Shown here: positions 7,331-15,917 of the stretch, in pieces
How positions within the stretch are numbered: position 1 is the first letter of the stretch
Layout: every line of letters starts with the position of its first letter
DNA from: a virus
Lineage: Duplodnaviria; Caudoviricetes
Virus record (IMG/VR): IMGVR_UViG_3300044535_000273
Location: 1-29,862 of that record
DNA: 29,862 bases
Strand: one strand, 5' to 3'
Made by a program: the position numbers and the translations under genes
Notes under the pieces: generated by a model
Seen by the model: the letters and a program-made list of their open reading frames with translations, nothing else
Database searches by the model: none
What the model was told of the DNA's origin: nothing

Positions 7331-9244
7331 ATGCCACTCAAAAAATTACTGTTCCGCCCGGGGGTGAGCCGCGAAAACACGCGCTACCTTTCAGAGAATG
7401 TCGGACCCACGGGGGTCAACGGCGCGTATTCTGCTGGTTGGTACGAGTGCGACAAGATTCGGTTCCGCTCCGGTACGCCTGAAAAGATCGGTGGCTGGGA
7501 GCGCATCTCGGCAAACTCCTTCCTTGGCGTGTGCCGGTCCCTGTGGAACTGGGTGACGCTGGGCGGAGCCAATCTGCTGGGCGTGGGTACGAACCTCAAG
7601 TTCTACATCGAGAGCGGCGGTGCGTACAAAGACATCACGCCGATCCGTGGAACACCCGGAACCATCAACAACAACCCGTTTGTCGCCACTCTGGGCTCCA
7701 GCGTCATCACCGTCACAGACACAGCTCATGGTTGCTTTACCGGGGACTTTGTAACCTTTAGCGGGGCCGTGGGCCTTGGCGGCAACATCACGGATGTAGT
7801 TCTCAACGCAGAGTACCAAGTCACTGTGGTGAATGCAAACTCGTACACCATCACCGTCTCAGCTACGGCCAACGCCACGGACGTATCAGGCTCACCCGGA
7901 GGCGGCGCATCAGTTGTTGCCGCGTATCAGATCAATACGGGTTTTGAGTTTGCTGTTCCCGTGGTCGGCTGGGGCGCTGGCGGCTGGGGAACTGGTGTTT
8001 GGGGCACAGGAACTACCTCGCTGGAAAGTCTGCGGCTGTGGAGCCAGTTCAACTTTGGCGAAGACCTGATCTTCGGGCCACGAGGCGGAGCTATTTACTA
8101 CTGGGATTCCTCGGTTGGCACTGGCACTCGGGCAACCAATTTGGCTGATGCGCTCGGCGCTTCGGATGTGCCCACAGTGCAGAACACCATACTGGTCTCA
8201 GACGTGAGCCGCTTTGTGCTGGCGTTTGGCTGCAATGATTATGGAAGCGCCGTCCAAAATCCGATGTTGATCCGCTGGTCCGACCAAGAGGACGCAATAA
8301 ACTGGACGCCAGCAGCAACAAACCAAGCGGGTAGCCTGCAGCTATCCCGGGGTTCAGAGATCATCACGGCAATCCAGTCGCGCCAAGAGATCATTGTGTT
8401 CACTGACAACGCTGTGTACGCCATGCAATACCTTGGGCCACCTGCTGTGTGGGGCGCAACATTGCTGGCCGACAACACCTCCATCGTCAGTCAGAACGCC
8501 GTCACTATCGCATCCGGGGTCACGTTCTGGATGGGTGTGGACAAGTTCTACAAGTACGACGGTCGAGTCCAAACCTTGCGCTGCGACTTGCGCCAGTACA
8601 TCTTTTCTGATCTTGACAAAGACCAGTACTCGCAGGTGTTCGCGGGCACCAATGAGGGCTTCAACGAGGTCTGGTGGTTCTACTGCTCGGCGGGCTCTAC
8701 CGTGGTGGACAAGTATGCGATCTACAACTACCTTGAAGACATCTGGTACTACGGCAACATGAGTCGCTCGGCATGGCTGGATTCCGGCTTGCGGGACTAT
8801 CCGATTGCTGCGACTTACCTGAACAACATCGTGAACCATGAGTCTGGCGTGGACGACAACTCTACGGCCACATCAACGCCAATTGCGGCAACGATCACAT
8901 CCGCTGAATTTGATCTGGACGACGGGCACAACTTCATGTTCCTGTACCGCGTCTTGCCGGACATTACGTTCCGTGGGTCTGACGCCGCGTCCCCTACGGC
9001 CCGGATGTACATGCAGCCTCTGAAGAACTCGGGTTCTGGGTACACCACGCCTCCTTCGGTGGGAGGTGAGAACAACAGGCCAATCACGCGCACCGCAGTT
9101 CTGCCGATTGAAGAATTCACCGGCCAGATTTTTACCCGGGTGCGGGCACGTCAGATGTCTGTGAAGGTGGAGAGCGATGGGCTTGGCGTGACGTGGCAGC
9201 TCGGGGCTCCCCGACTCGACCTCAGACCTGACGGACGGAGATAA
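7331..9244 (+). CDS. Tail / packaged-DNA stabilisation protein (P22 gp10- or tail tubular B-like beta-propeller)
   Basis: GAGG RBS. Motifs RFRSG-x-PEKIGGW, IRWSDQE...W-x-P-x-ATNQAG and EVWWFY, with C-terminal R-x-R-x-RQ...DGRR. An inserted small beta domain (ITVTDTAHG...GDFVTFSG) resembles FCCH-like domains. Confidence 0.75.
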   Translation: MPLKKLLFRPGVSRENTRYLSENVGPTGVNGAYSAGWYECDKIRFRSGTPEKIGGWERISANSFLGVCRSLWNWVTLGGANLLGVGTNLKFYIESGGAYKDITPIRGTPGTINNNPFVATLGSSVITVTDTAHGCFTGDFVTFSGAVGLGGNITDVVLNAEYQVTVVNANSYTITVSATANATDVSGSPGGGASVVAAYQINTGFEFAVPVVGWGAGGWGTGVWGTGTTSLESLRLWSQFNFGEDLIFGPRGGAIYYWDSSVGTGTRATNLADALGASDVPTVQNTILVSDVSRFVLAFGCNDYGSAVQNPMLIRWSDQEDAINWTPAATNQAGSLQLSRGSEIITAIQSRQEIIVFTDNAVYAMQYLGPPAVWGATLLADNTSIVSQNAVTIASGVTFWMGVDKFYKYDGRVQTLRCDLRQYIFSDLDKDQYSQVFAGTNEGFNEVWWFYCSAGSTVVDKYAIYNYLEDIWYYGNMSRSAWLDSGLRDYPIAATYLNNIVNHESGVDDNSTATSTPIAATITSAEFDLDDGHNFMFLYRVLPDITFRGSDAASPTARMYMQPLKNSGSGYTTPPSVGGENNRPITRTAVLPIEEFTGQIFTRVRARQMSVKVESDGLGVTWQLGAPRLDLRPDGRR

Positions 9245-9246
9245 CC

Positions 9247-9501
9247 ATGGGCATGTTCAGTCGCGTAACCCCGCCTCGGCCAACTGCTGCACCGCAGGAG
9301 TACACAACTGCGTTCATGGACCAGATGCAGAACATCTTCAACTTGTTCTTCAAGCAGATCAATGCCGTGCAGCAGCTCAATGTTGCAAGTCTAAACATCG
9401 ACATCAACACGCTGCCAACTCAGGCGGACTTGGCCAACTTGCGCGTGGGTGACGTATACCGGGACACCACGGCGTCCAACGTCTTGAAAGTGAAGGTCTG
9501 A
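9247..9501 (+). CDS. Small virion protein following the stabilisation protein
   Basis: GGAG RBS. P-x-AP-x-EY followed by a helix, and C-terminal L-x-x-GDVYRD...LKV. It fills the gap exactly. Confidence 0.65.
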   Translation: MGMFSRVTPPRPTAAPQEYTTAFMDQMQNIFNLFFKQINAVQQLNVASLNIDINTLPTQADLANLRVGDVYRDTTASNVLKVKV

Positions 9502-9502
9502 T

Positions 9503-10981
9503 ATGTACGAAGAATATGCAAAACGCCTGCGCGAAGGCGACATGACAGCCGACTTGCTTCGCAGCATATACACCCCAGAGGAGGGGGCAAAAGCAGGTCA
9601 GAACGCAGACTTTGCAGATCGAGTCATTGCTATCCACCAAGAGCTGCTTGACCAGCAAAAAAAGTTCAAAGTGCCGGTGCATGGCGGCGACATTGGGGCG
9701 GATGATGCCATTTGGGACACAGCGTTCCGACTGGCCGAGACGGGCACTGGCTCAATTTACGATCTTGGTCAGCGCGAAGTTGAGAGCATGGAAGAGGGGT
9801 ATAACACTCCAGAAATGTTTCGGAAGAAAGAGCTGTACCACAAGCCTACAGGCGCGGCTGTAAAGCTTCCTGCCATGTGGGGTTATGGTAACGAATACCA
9901 GTTGCAGTTTGCCCCTGATGGCACGCCTGTGGCCTATTCAACACCAAAGCAAAGCGATTGGATGGAGTTTCGTGAGGACTTCCTGCGCCCCGCTGTCAAC
10001 ATGGTTGCCCCGTTCATCCCCGGCGTCGGTCCGTACATCGCTGCGGCCAATGCTGCCTATGCGGCATCCAAAGGCGATTGGGAAAAGGCGCTGCTGTCTG
10101 GCTTGAGCGCAGCAGTGCCGCTGGCTGGCAAACTCGGGGCGAGTGTCGAGACGGCAAACACACTCAACAACGTACGGCAGGCTGCGACCGTGCTCAAGGC
10201 GCTGGAGAGCAAGGACCTGCTGGGCGCTGCGCTCGGCGGGGCAAACTTGGCTGGTGTTTCTGAGGTGGCCGGGTTCTCCACGCAAGACATCGGCAAGGCG
10301 CTTGGCATGGTTACGGCCCTCCAAAGCGAGGACCCAGCGGCCATCATCAAGGCTGGCGCTGGTTTTTTACCAAAGGATGCTTTCGACGGACCCAAAAGCT
10401 CTGACATGATCGAGGGGTACTTTGCCCCGGGTGGTGAGGGTTATATTGCCCCGCCTACCTATGCCCCGGACACCAAGGGGTACTTCGACGAGATCACTGG
10501 CCACTTCATGCCGGATGAAGGCGGTGCTCTGAGTTTTGGCGATCTGACCAATGAGACCTCGGGGACCAACATTGGTTCCATGGACGACTACCAATACGAC
10601 CCAGACACTGGCAACTGGACTTTGCCCGACGGCACGGTGATCGACACCAGTTACATGCAGAACAGCAAGACGCCACTGACCGGCCAGCAGATCATGAACA
10701 ACGCTGGCGCAGGTGCCCCCAAAACTCCGGGCGCTGCGGCAAAGCCACCTGCGGGGGTGGTTAAGGCTCCAGCCAAGCCGGGGCAGGGCATCGACATCAA
10801 CCAGCTTGCATCCCTTTTGGGCGGCGGGCAGCAAACCGCACCAACGATTGTGTCATCTGGTCAGGATAACTCTGCAGACGTACAATTGATGGAAGATATT
10901 TTTGGAACCACCATGTCTGCGCCTCCGGCAGGTGATACCGCTACACGAGCCCGCGAACTTGCGCGGCTTTTAAGGAGCTGA
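9503..10981 (+). CDS. Probable internal virion (ejection/DNA-transfer) protein
   Basis: 492-aa ORF with Gly/Ala hydrophobic helices (APFIPGVGPYIAAANAAYAA...) and an acidic/Pro-rich tail. Position after the tail genes fits an ejected protein. Confidence 0.55.
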   Translation: MYEEYAKRLREGDMTADLLRSIYTPEEGAKAGQNADFADRVIAIHQELLDQQKKFKVPVHGGDIGADDAIWDTAFRLAETGTGSIYDLGQREVESMEEGYNTPEMFRKKELYHKPTGAAVKLPAMWGYGNEYQLQFAPDGTPVAYSTPKQSDWMEFREDFLRPAVNMVAPFIPGVGPYIAAANAAYAASKGDWEKALLSGLSAAVPLAGKLGASVETANTLNNVRQAATVLKALESKDLLGAALGGANLAGVSEVAGFSTQDIGKALGMVTALQSEDPAAIIKAGAGFLPKDAFDGPKSSDMIEGYFAPGGEGYIAPPTYAPDTKGYFDEITGHFMPDEGGALSFGDLTNETSGTNIGSMDDYQYDPDTGNWTLPDGTVIDTSYMQNSKTPLTGQQIMNNAGAGAPKTPGAAAKPPAGVVKAPAKPGQGIDINQLASLLGGGQQTAPTIVSSGQDNSADVQLMEDIFGTTMSAPPAGDTATRARELARLLRS

Positions 10982-10982
10982 G

Positions 10983-13900
10983 ATGGCGCTTTACATTGAT
11001 GAAGACGGCGAGCTGCGTGATAACGGCGAGAGCGAGTACCCGGTAACGGAAACTGTAATTCCGGGCTACGGGGCCGACACCCCTTCGCCGAGCGATGATG
11101 GCGCTGATGCAGACACGGCAGCGGGCCTTATCCCGGAACAGGAATTGAAAGAAATTACTGGTGGCAAGTCTTACTCGGATTGGCTGCAGGGTGCAATGAC
11201 TCCAGAGGCGCGTGCCGCCATGGAGAAAATTATTGCTTCTTACGGGACGCCGCTTTGGAACCAACTCAAAGGCATTCTGACAAACCCCGCCCAGTTGGCC
11301 GCTCTTGGTGGTGGGTTGCTAGCGGCATCGCGCCCAAACAGCTCCGCGCCCACCGGCTACCAAGGAAAAATCCCCAAGCTAACGGCCACGAGCAACATGC
11401 TGACTGCGCCTCCCGTGGGTCGTCGTCCCGGCTCGGGCGGCATCAACTATGGCGGCGGCACAACATACCGCGACGAAAAAGGGAATGTTGTTTCTTCCAA
11501 CGAGAAGACCTTGGAAGAGCTGCGTGCGGCTGCTGCCAGCAATCCATTCAATCGCCCCAGCACGTATGAAAACCCCAGCTATGGTCGCCCACCTGTAAGC
11601 CCCACCCCGGGTGGTGGCGGGCTTCCTGATATTGCGCCGACCCCCACACCAACTCCCTCGCCAGCTCCCGGTGGCGGAGGCCTCCCTAATATTGCACCGC
11701 CATCCACCGGAGGCTACACACCCCCTCCACCCAAAAAGGATGCGAGCGGGTTTGTTACTGGAGCCGGAGATACTGGTGAAAGGTTTGATCCGTTTAAACC
11801 TTCCCTGCCGGAAGGTACGACCATGTCGATGGACCCATCCACACGGGTGGGCAACACCGTAACTGCGGATGGGATAACTCGTGGCTACGATCCCCTTCGC
11901 GGCACGATGTTCACAAACGCCGAGATGCAAGCGCGTGCAGACAAGGAACTGGCTGATCGTCAGCGCCGCCGCGCTGAGATGGAGGCTGGCACGTATGTCC
12001 AGCCAGAGTTTGAAACCTCATCGCAGAACACGGCTCCAATTCAGGAAAGCACCCCCGGGTTTGTGGCCCCCATCTACAACGCAGCCATACTGCCGCCCAA
12101 AGACCAGCCGCATGTGAATCCGTACACATCTTCGTTGGCCAACCCCGCCACCATTCCATTGATGTCTGGTGAAACCCAAGAGCAGGGCGCTGCCCGTCTC
12201 AAGGCCCAATCAGATGCGCTTGAGGCGCGTCGAGCCGCCCGGTCTCAGATGCAAGAAGGTATCGCCAGTGGCGGCGCTGCTGTGGGTCTTGCTGCGGGCG
12301 GTCTTGCACCGAAAGGTTTCGTCGTCCCCGCTGATGTGGTGAGCCATTTGGGCAACGGCAGTTCCGAGGCTGGCCTGAAACTGTTGGTTGCGAACCTTGG
12401 CGCTGAGCCCATCAAGGGTGAAGGCGATGGCATGAGCGATTCCATCCCCACAACCATTGGCGGCAAGCAAGAGGCCCGTGTTGCCAATGATGAAGCGTTT
12501 ATCTCCCCTGAGATGGTCAAAAAAATTGGTGGCGGTAGCGCCGAAAAGGGTGCAAAAAAGTTGTACGCCATGATGGACCGTGTTCGTGAAGAGCGCACCG
12601 GCACCACTGAGCAGGGCAAGCAGATTGACCCCAACAAATTTATGCCCGGAGGCTCTGTGAAGAAATATCAAGTAGGCGGAACAACAACAAGAACCACCCC
12701 TGCCGGGGCAACTGGCTCCGAGTCCAGCTTGTCCAACTGGGCTGGCGATTACGTGACCAACATGTTGGGCCAAGGCGCTGCGCAGGCCAACAAGCCGTAT
12801 GAGGCATACACCGGTCCGCTGACAGCAGGTGCATCGGGGCTGCAGCAGCAAGCGTTTGGTATGGCGGGCAACCTTCAAACACCCGGCTCAATCGGTCAGG
12901 CTGCTGGCACGGCTGGCGGTATTGCCAACTTGGCTGCGAACATGCGGTACACCCCACAGACTACGGATTTTTTTGGCAATGCCAATGTGTCCGGTTTGGG
13001 TGTGGCACCGTCTTACGGCATGGGTATGCCTCAGCAGCCAGCCGCGATGGGCACTCCATCCAATCCCATCCCAATGCCACGCGGCAACGTTGGCCAGTTT
13101 GGCGGTAAAACTCCTGCTCCATTGCCACAGGGCGAGGAGCTCTACTTCCCCACCGGGGCTGATGAGTTTGGCAACGAACCAATCACGATTGGCGGACGGC
13201 CACAGCGCATCAAGCAGCCGCCAATGCCAATGGAAGACCAGATCAATTACACAGGTGGGACGCCTGATTTTGACGAGACCACGGGCACCTACACCAAACC
13301 TATTCCGATGCCCCGTGGAGGCGACAGCAGCGTGATTCGGGACAAGATGTATCGTGGTCCCATGGAAAGCCCTGAGCGTTTTGCTATAGATGGCGAGATG
13401 ACTGGCGGCGTGATGCGTCCGCCAAAGCCAGATTACTCCACGATGCCCATCCCAGAAGGCGGACTAATGGCTCGGGGTGCTCAACAGGGTAGCGATATTG
13501 CACAGCAGTACATGAACCCGTATCTCGAATCCGCTCTGCGTCCGCAGATGGCCGAGATGCAGCGTGTTGCTGATATTGCCCGCATGTCCGATGCGTCGCG
13601 CCTGACACAAGCCGGGGCATATGGCGGAAGCCGTCAGGCCATCATGGAATCTGAAGGCCGCAGAAACCTGCTGGGCAAACAGAGCGAAGCGCTGGGCCAA
13701 GGCTACGCCACGGCATACGACAAAGCCATGGCGCAGTTCAATGCCGACCAAACACGCCGCGCACAAGAGGCGCAGTTTGGCGCTACGTTTGGGCTGGACA
13801 GCTTGAAGACGGGAATCCAAGGCGCACAAGCTCAAGCGCAGGCTGGTGCTCTACAGAGTACGGCTGAGCAGGCAGGGCTTCGTGGGTTGCTTGACGCTGG

Positions 13901-14144
13901 CGCTGTGGAGCGTGGCATCGAGTCCGAGGGCATTGCAGCCGACAAGGCTCAGTTTGAAGAAGCTCGTTTAAACCCATTCAAGATGGTGCAGTTCCAGCAG
14001 TCTTTGCTCTCGGGAATGCCGCTGTCTGCGCAGTCGTACAGCATGCCGGGCCAGAGCAACCTGCAGCAGTTTGCTGGCGGGGCCACGACAGTACAGCAGC
14101 TCTTGGACATCTTGAGTGGCAAGACAGCAGCCCCCGCAAAATAA
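10983..14144 (+). CDS. Probable DNA-transfer/ejection protein, apparently a multi-module fusion
   Basis: AAGGAG RBS. Contains a G-x-GDGMSDSIP...ARV module, then PY-x-AY-x-G-x-LTAG, YMNPY and AGAYGGSRQA, all typical of podovirus-like pilot proteins. Also has Pro-rich inserts. Confidence 0.65.
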   Translation: MALYIDEDGELRDNGESEYPVTETVIPGYGADTPSPSDDGADADTAAGLIPEQELKEITGGKSYSDWLQGAMTPEARAAMEKIIASYGTPLWNQLKGILTNPAQLAALGGGLLAASRPNSSAPTGYQGKIPKLTATSNMLTAPPVGRRPGSGGINYGGGTTYRDEKGNVVSSNEKTLEELRAAAASNPFNRPSTYENPSYGRPPVSPTPGGGGLPDIAPTPTPTPSPAPGGGGLPNIAPPSTGGYTPPPPKKDASGFVTGAGDTGERFDPFKPSLPEGTTMSMDPSTRVGNTVTADGITRGYDPLRGTMFTNAEMQARADKELADRQRRRAEMEAGTYVQPEFETSSQNTAPIQESTPGFVAPIYNAAILPPKDQPHVNPYTSSLANPATIPLMSGETQEQGAARLKAQSDALEARRAARSQMQEGIASGGAAVGLAAGGLAPKGFVVPADVVSHLGNGSSEAGLKLLVANLGAEPIKGEGDGMSDSIPTTIGGKQEARVANDEAFISPEMVKKIGGGSAEKGAKKLYAMMDRVREERTGTTEQGKQIDPNKFMPGGSVKKYQVGGTTTRTTPAGATGSESSLSNWAGDYVTNMLGQGAAQANKPYEAYTGPLTAGASGLQQQAFGMAGNLQTPGSIGQAAGTAGGIANLAANMRYTPQTTDFFGNANVSGLGVAPSYGMGMPQQPAAMGTPSNPIPMPRGNVGQFGGKTPAPLPQGEELYFPTGADEFGNEPITIGGRPQRIKQPPMPMEDQINYTGGTPDFDETTGTYTKPIPMPRGGDSSVIRDKMYRGPMESPERFAIDGEMTGGVMRPPKPDYSTMPIPEGGLMARGAQQGSDIAQQYMNPYLESALRPQMAEMQRVADIARMSDASRLTQAGAYGGSRQAIMESEGRRNLLGKQSEALGQGYATAYDKAMAQFNADQTRRAQEAQFGATFGLDSLKTGIQGAQAQAQAGALQSTAEQAGLRGLLDAGAVERGIESEGIAADKAQFEEARLNPFKMVQFQQSLLSGMPLSAQSYSMPGQSNLQQFAGGATTVQQLLDILSGKTAAPAK
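11607..11699 (+). repeat. 60-bp-period tandem duplication encoding PGGGGLP(D/N)IAP
   Basis: ccgggtggtggcgggcttcctgatattgcgccg at 11607 and cccggtggcggaggcctccctaatattgcaccg at 11667. Confidence 0.8.
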
Positions 14145-14153
14145 GGACAGATC

Positions 14154-15917
14154 ATGAGTCAACCCAGCGCCCAAGGCATCGCCTCCCTGTACCGTGGCAA
14201 CCCAGCCCCTCTGCAGCAGCGCATCCAGCAAGAGCAGCAAGCCAAACCCGGTCTGCCCCAAGACTTGCAAAAGCTGATGGCTTTAAACATCGTCACGAAC
14301 GAAAAAGACGCCATGGCCAAGCAGCAGGCCCTAAGCCAGCTTGCCCAGATGCAAGGGCCACAAGGCAAGCCGCCCACCGTCATGGAGTCCGTGCAAGAGC
14401 AGGCGCGTCAGAAGATGCAAGCCCAGCAAGTTCAAGCCCAGCAAAAGCAACAAGCCATGCAGGCCATGATGCAGCAAGCTGGCCCCGGCCCGGTTCCCGA
14501 AGGGACGCAGTTTGCTGAAGCACAACCTACCGCCCAAGGCATTGATGAGCTGCCTGTAGAGTTTGGTCTTGCTGGCGGCGGCATTGTTGCGTTCCAAAAC
14601 CGTGGCTCTGTTCCAGAGTCTGAGCCTGCCAGCGACAGCATGGGTGGGTTTACATCAGACCCCGTAAGAGAAGCTTTAAACGCACTGCGTGTTGAAGAGA
14701 AGTACGCCGAGGCGAACCGCGAGAAGAAACTTATTGAGTTGCGGGAAAAAGCCGCATTTTTGGTTGATGCAGGCGCTCCGCAGGCAGGAGCAGCCTTGGC
14801 AGCGCTTGAAGCGGAAGAGCGCAAGGGCCGCAAAGGCGAAGCGCCAAAGCAAGCGGAGGCCGCTTACGACCCAGCACAAGCCACCCGCCGCTCTCAGTAT
14901 GAGGGTGGCATTCGGCAGTTGGTGGATCGCCCAGCGCCACAAGCGCCCCGTCCGGCCCCATCCATTGCTCAGCAAGCCATGCCAACCGCCCTGCAAGCCG
15001 CGCCAGTTGAGAAGTCCAAAGCAGCCAAAATGCAGGAGAGCTTCCTTGACAAGTCTCCTGAGAACGAACGGATTGCCGCCATGGAGCGCATGAAGGCGAT
15101 GATTAAAGAGCCTGACAGCACCCAGCGTGATGCAATGATCAAGCAGTTGCAGGCAGAGCGAGATCGTCAGGTTGGACCGCAGGACTCGTACGGCCAGCTC
15201 ATGGAGTACCTCGGCCAGATCGCAGCCACACCTCGCGGTATGTCGTCGTTTGAGGCTGGCGCTGCTGGCTCCCGTGGTGTTCAGGGCTTGGAAGAGCAAC
15301 GTGCTCAGAAGCGCTTTGACCTTGGCTCTAAGATCATTGAGCAAGAGCAGGGCAAGATCAACGACTCCCGCGCATTCGCAAAAGACATGTTTAATGTTGG
15401 CGAGAAGGAGTACGACCAAATCCTTAAGACTCAGTTCGAGGCTGCGAAACAGATCACCTCCAATGAGATGGAGGCGCTCAAGCTTGCTAAGCAAGAAGCC
15501 CTCAAGATCATGGAGTTGAGGCAGAACGCGCAGATTGAAAACAGCAGAATTGCGGGCCAAGCCAGCCGCGATGTGGATTCACGCCTCTTGCAGGGATATA
15601 TTGACGCCAATGGCGGGGATATTGTGAAAGCTCATCAAGCCATGACAAGGGCCAAGGGAGAGAGCAAACCCGATGCCTACTCCGTAGAGTTGATGAAAAA
15701 GATTGCCGATGCCGAAGTTGCCGCAGCAGGAATGCCCGGGAAGATCGGAGAGCAAAAACGTGCAGAGCTAGCCGCATTGAAGAGACAAGCTGGCATTGCT
15801 GGCGGAGCTCAAACTGGCGGCGGGAATCAGTTCACCGTGAGTGCTGGCGGAAAGACATATACTTTCCCAACGCAAGAAGCGGCCAACAAATTTAAGGCAG
15901 AAGCCGGGGTGAAATAA
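14154..15917 (+). CDS. Gln/Ala-rich coiled-coil internal virion protein
   Basis: AAGGA RBS. Q/M-rich N-terminus, GI-x-x-LP...LAGGGIVAF motif and long charged helices. TAATG overlap with the giant gene. Confidence 0.6.
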   Translation: MSQPSAQGIASLYRGNPAPLQQRIQQEQQAKPGLPQDLQKLMALNIVTNEKDAMAKQQALSQLAQMQGPQGKPPTVMESVQEQARQKMQAQQVQAQQKQQAMQAMMQQAGPGPVPEGTQFAEAQPTAQGIDELPVEFGLAGGGIVAFQNRGSVPESEPASDSMGGFTSDPVREALNALRVEEKYAEANREKKLIELREKAAFLVDAGAPQAGAALAALEAEERKGRKGEAPKQAEAAYDPAQATRRSQYEGGIRQLVDRPAPQAPRPAPSIAQQAMPTALQAAPVEKSKAAKMQESFLDKSPENERIAAMERMKAMIKEPDSTQRDAMIKQLQAERDRQVGPQDSYGQLMEYLGQIAATPRGMSSFEAGAAGSRGVQGLEEQRAQKRFDLGSKIIEQEQGKINDSRAFAKDMFNVGEKEYDQILKTQFEAAKQITSNEMEALKLAKQEALKIMELRQNAQIENSRIAGQASRDVDSRLLQGYIDANGGDIVKAHQAMTRAKGESKPDAYSVELMKKIADAEVAAAGMPGKIGEQKRAELAALKRQAGIAGGAQTGGGNQFTVSAGGKTYTFPTQEAANKFKAEAGVK

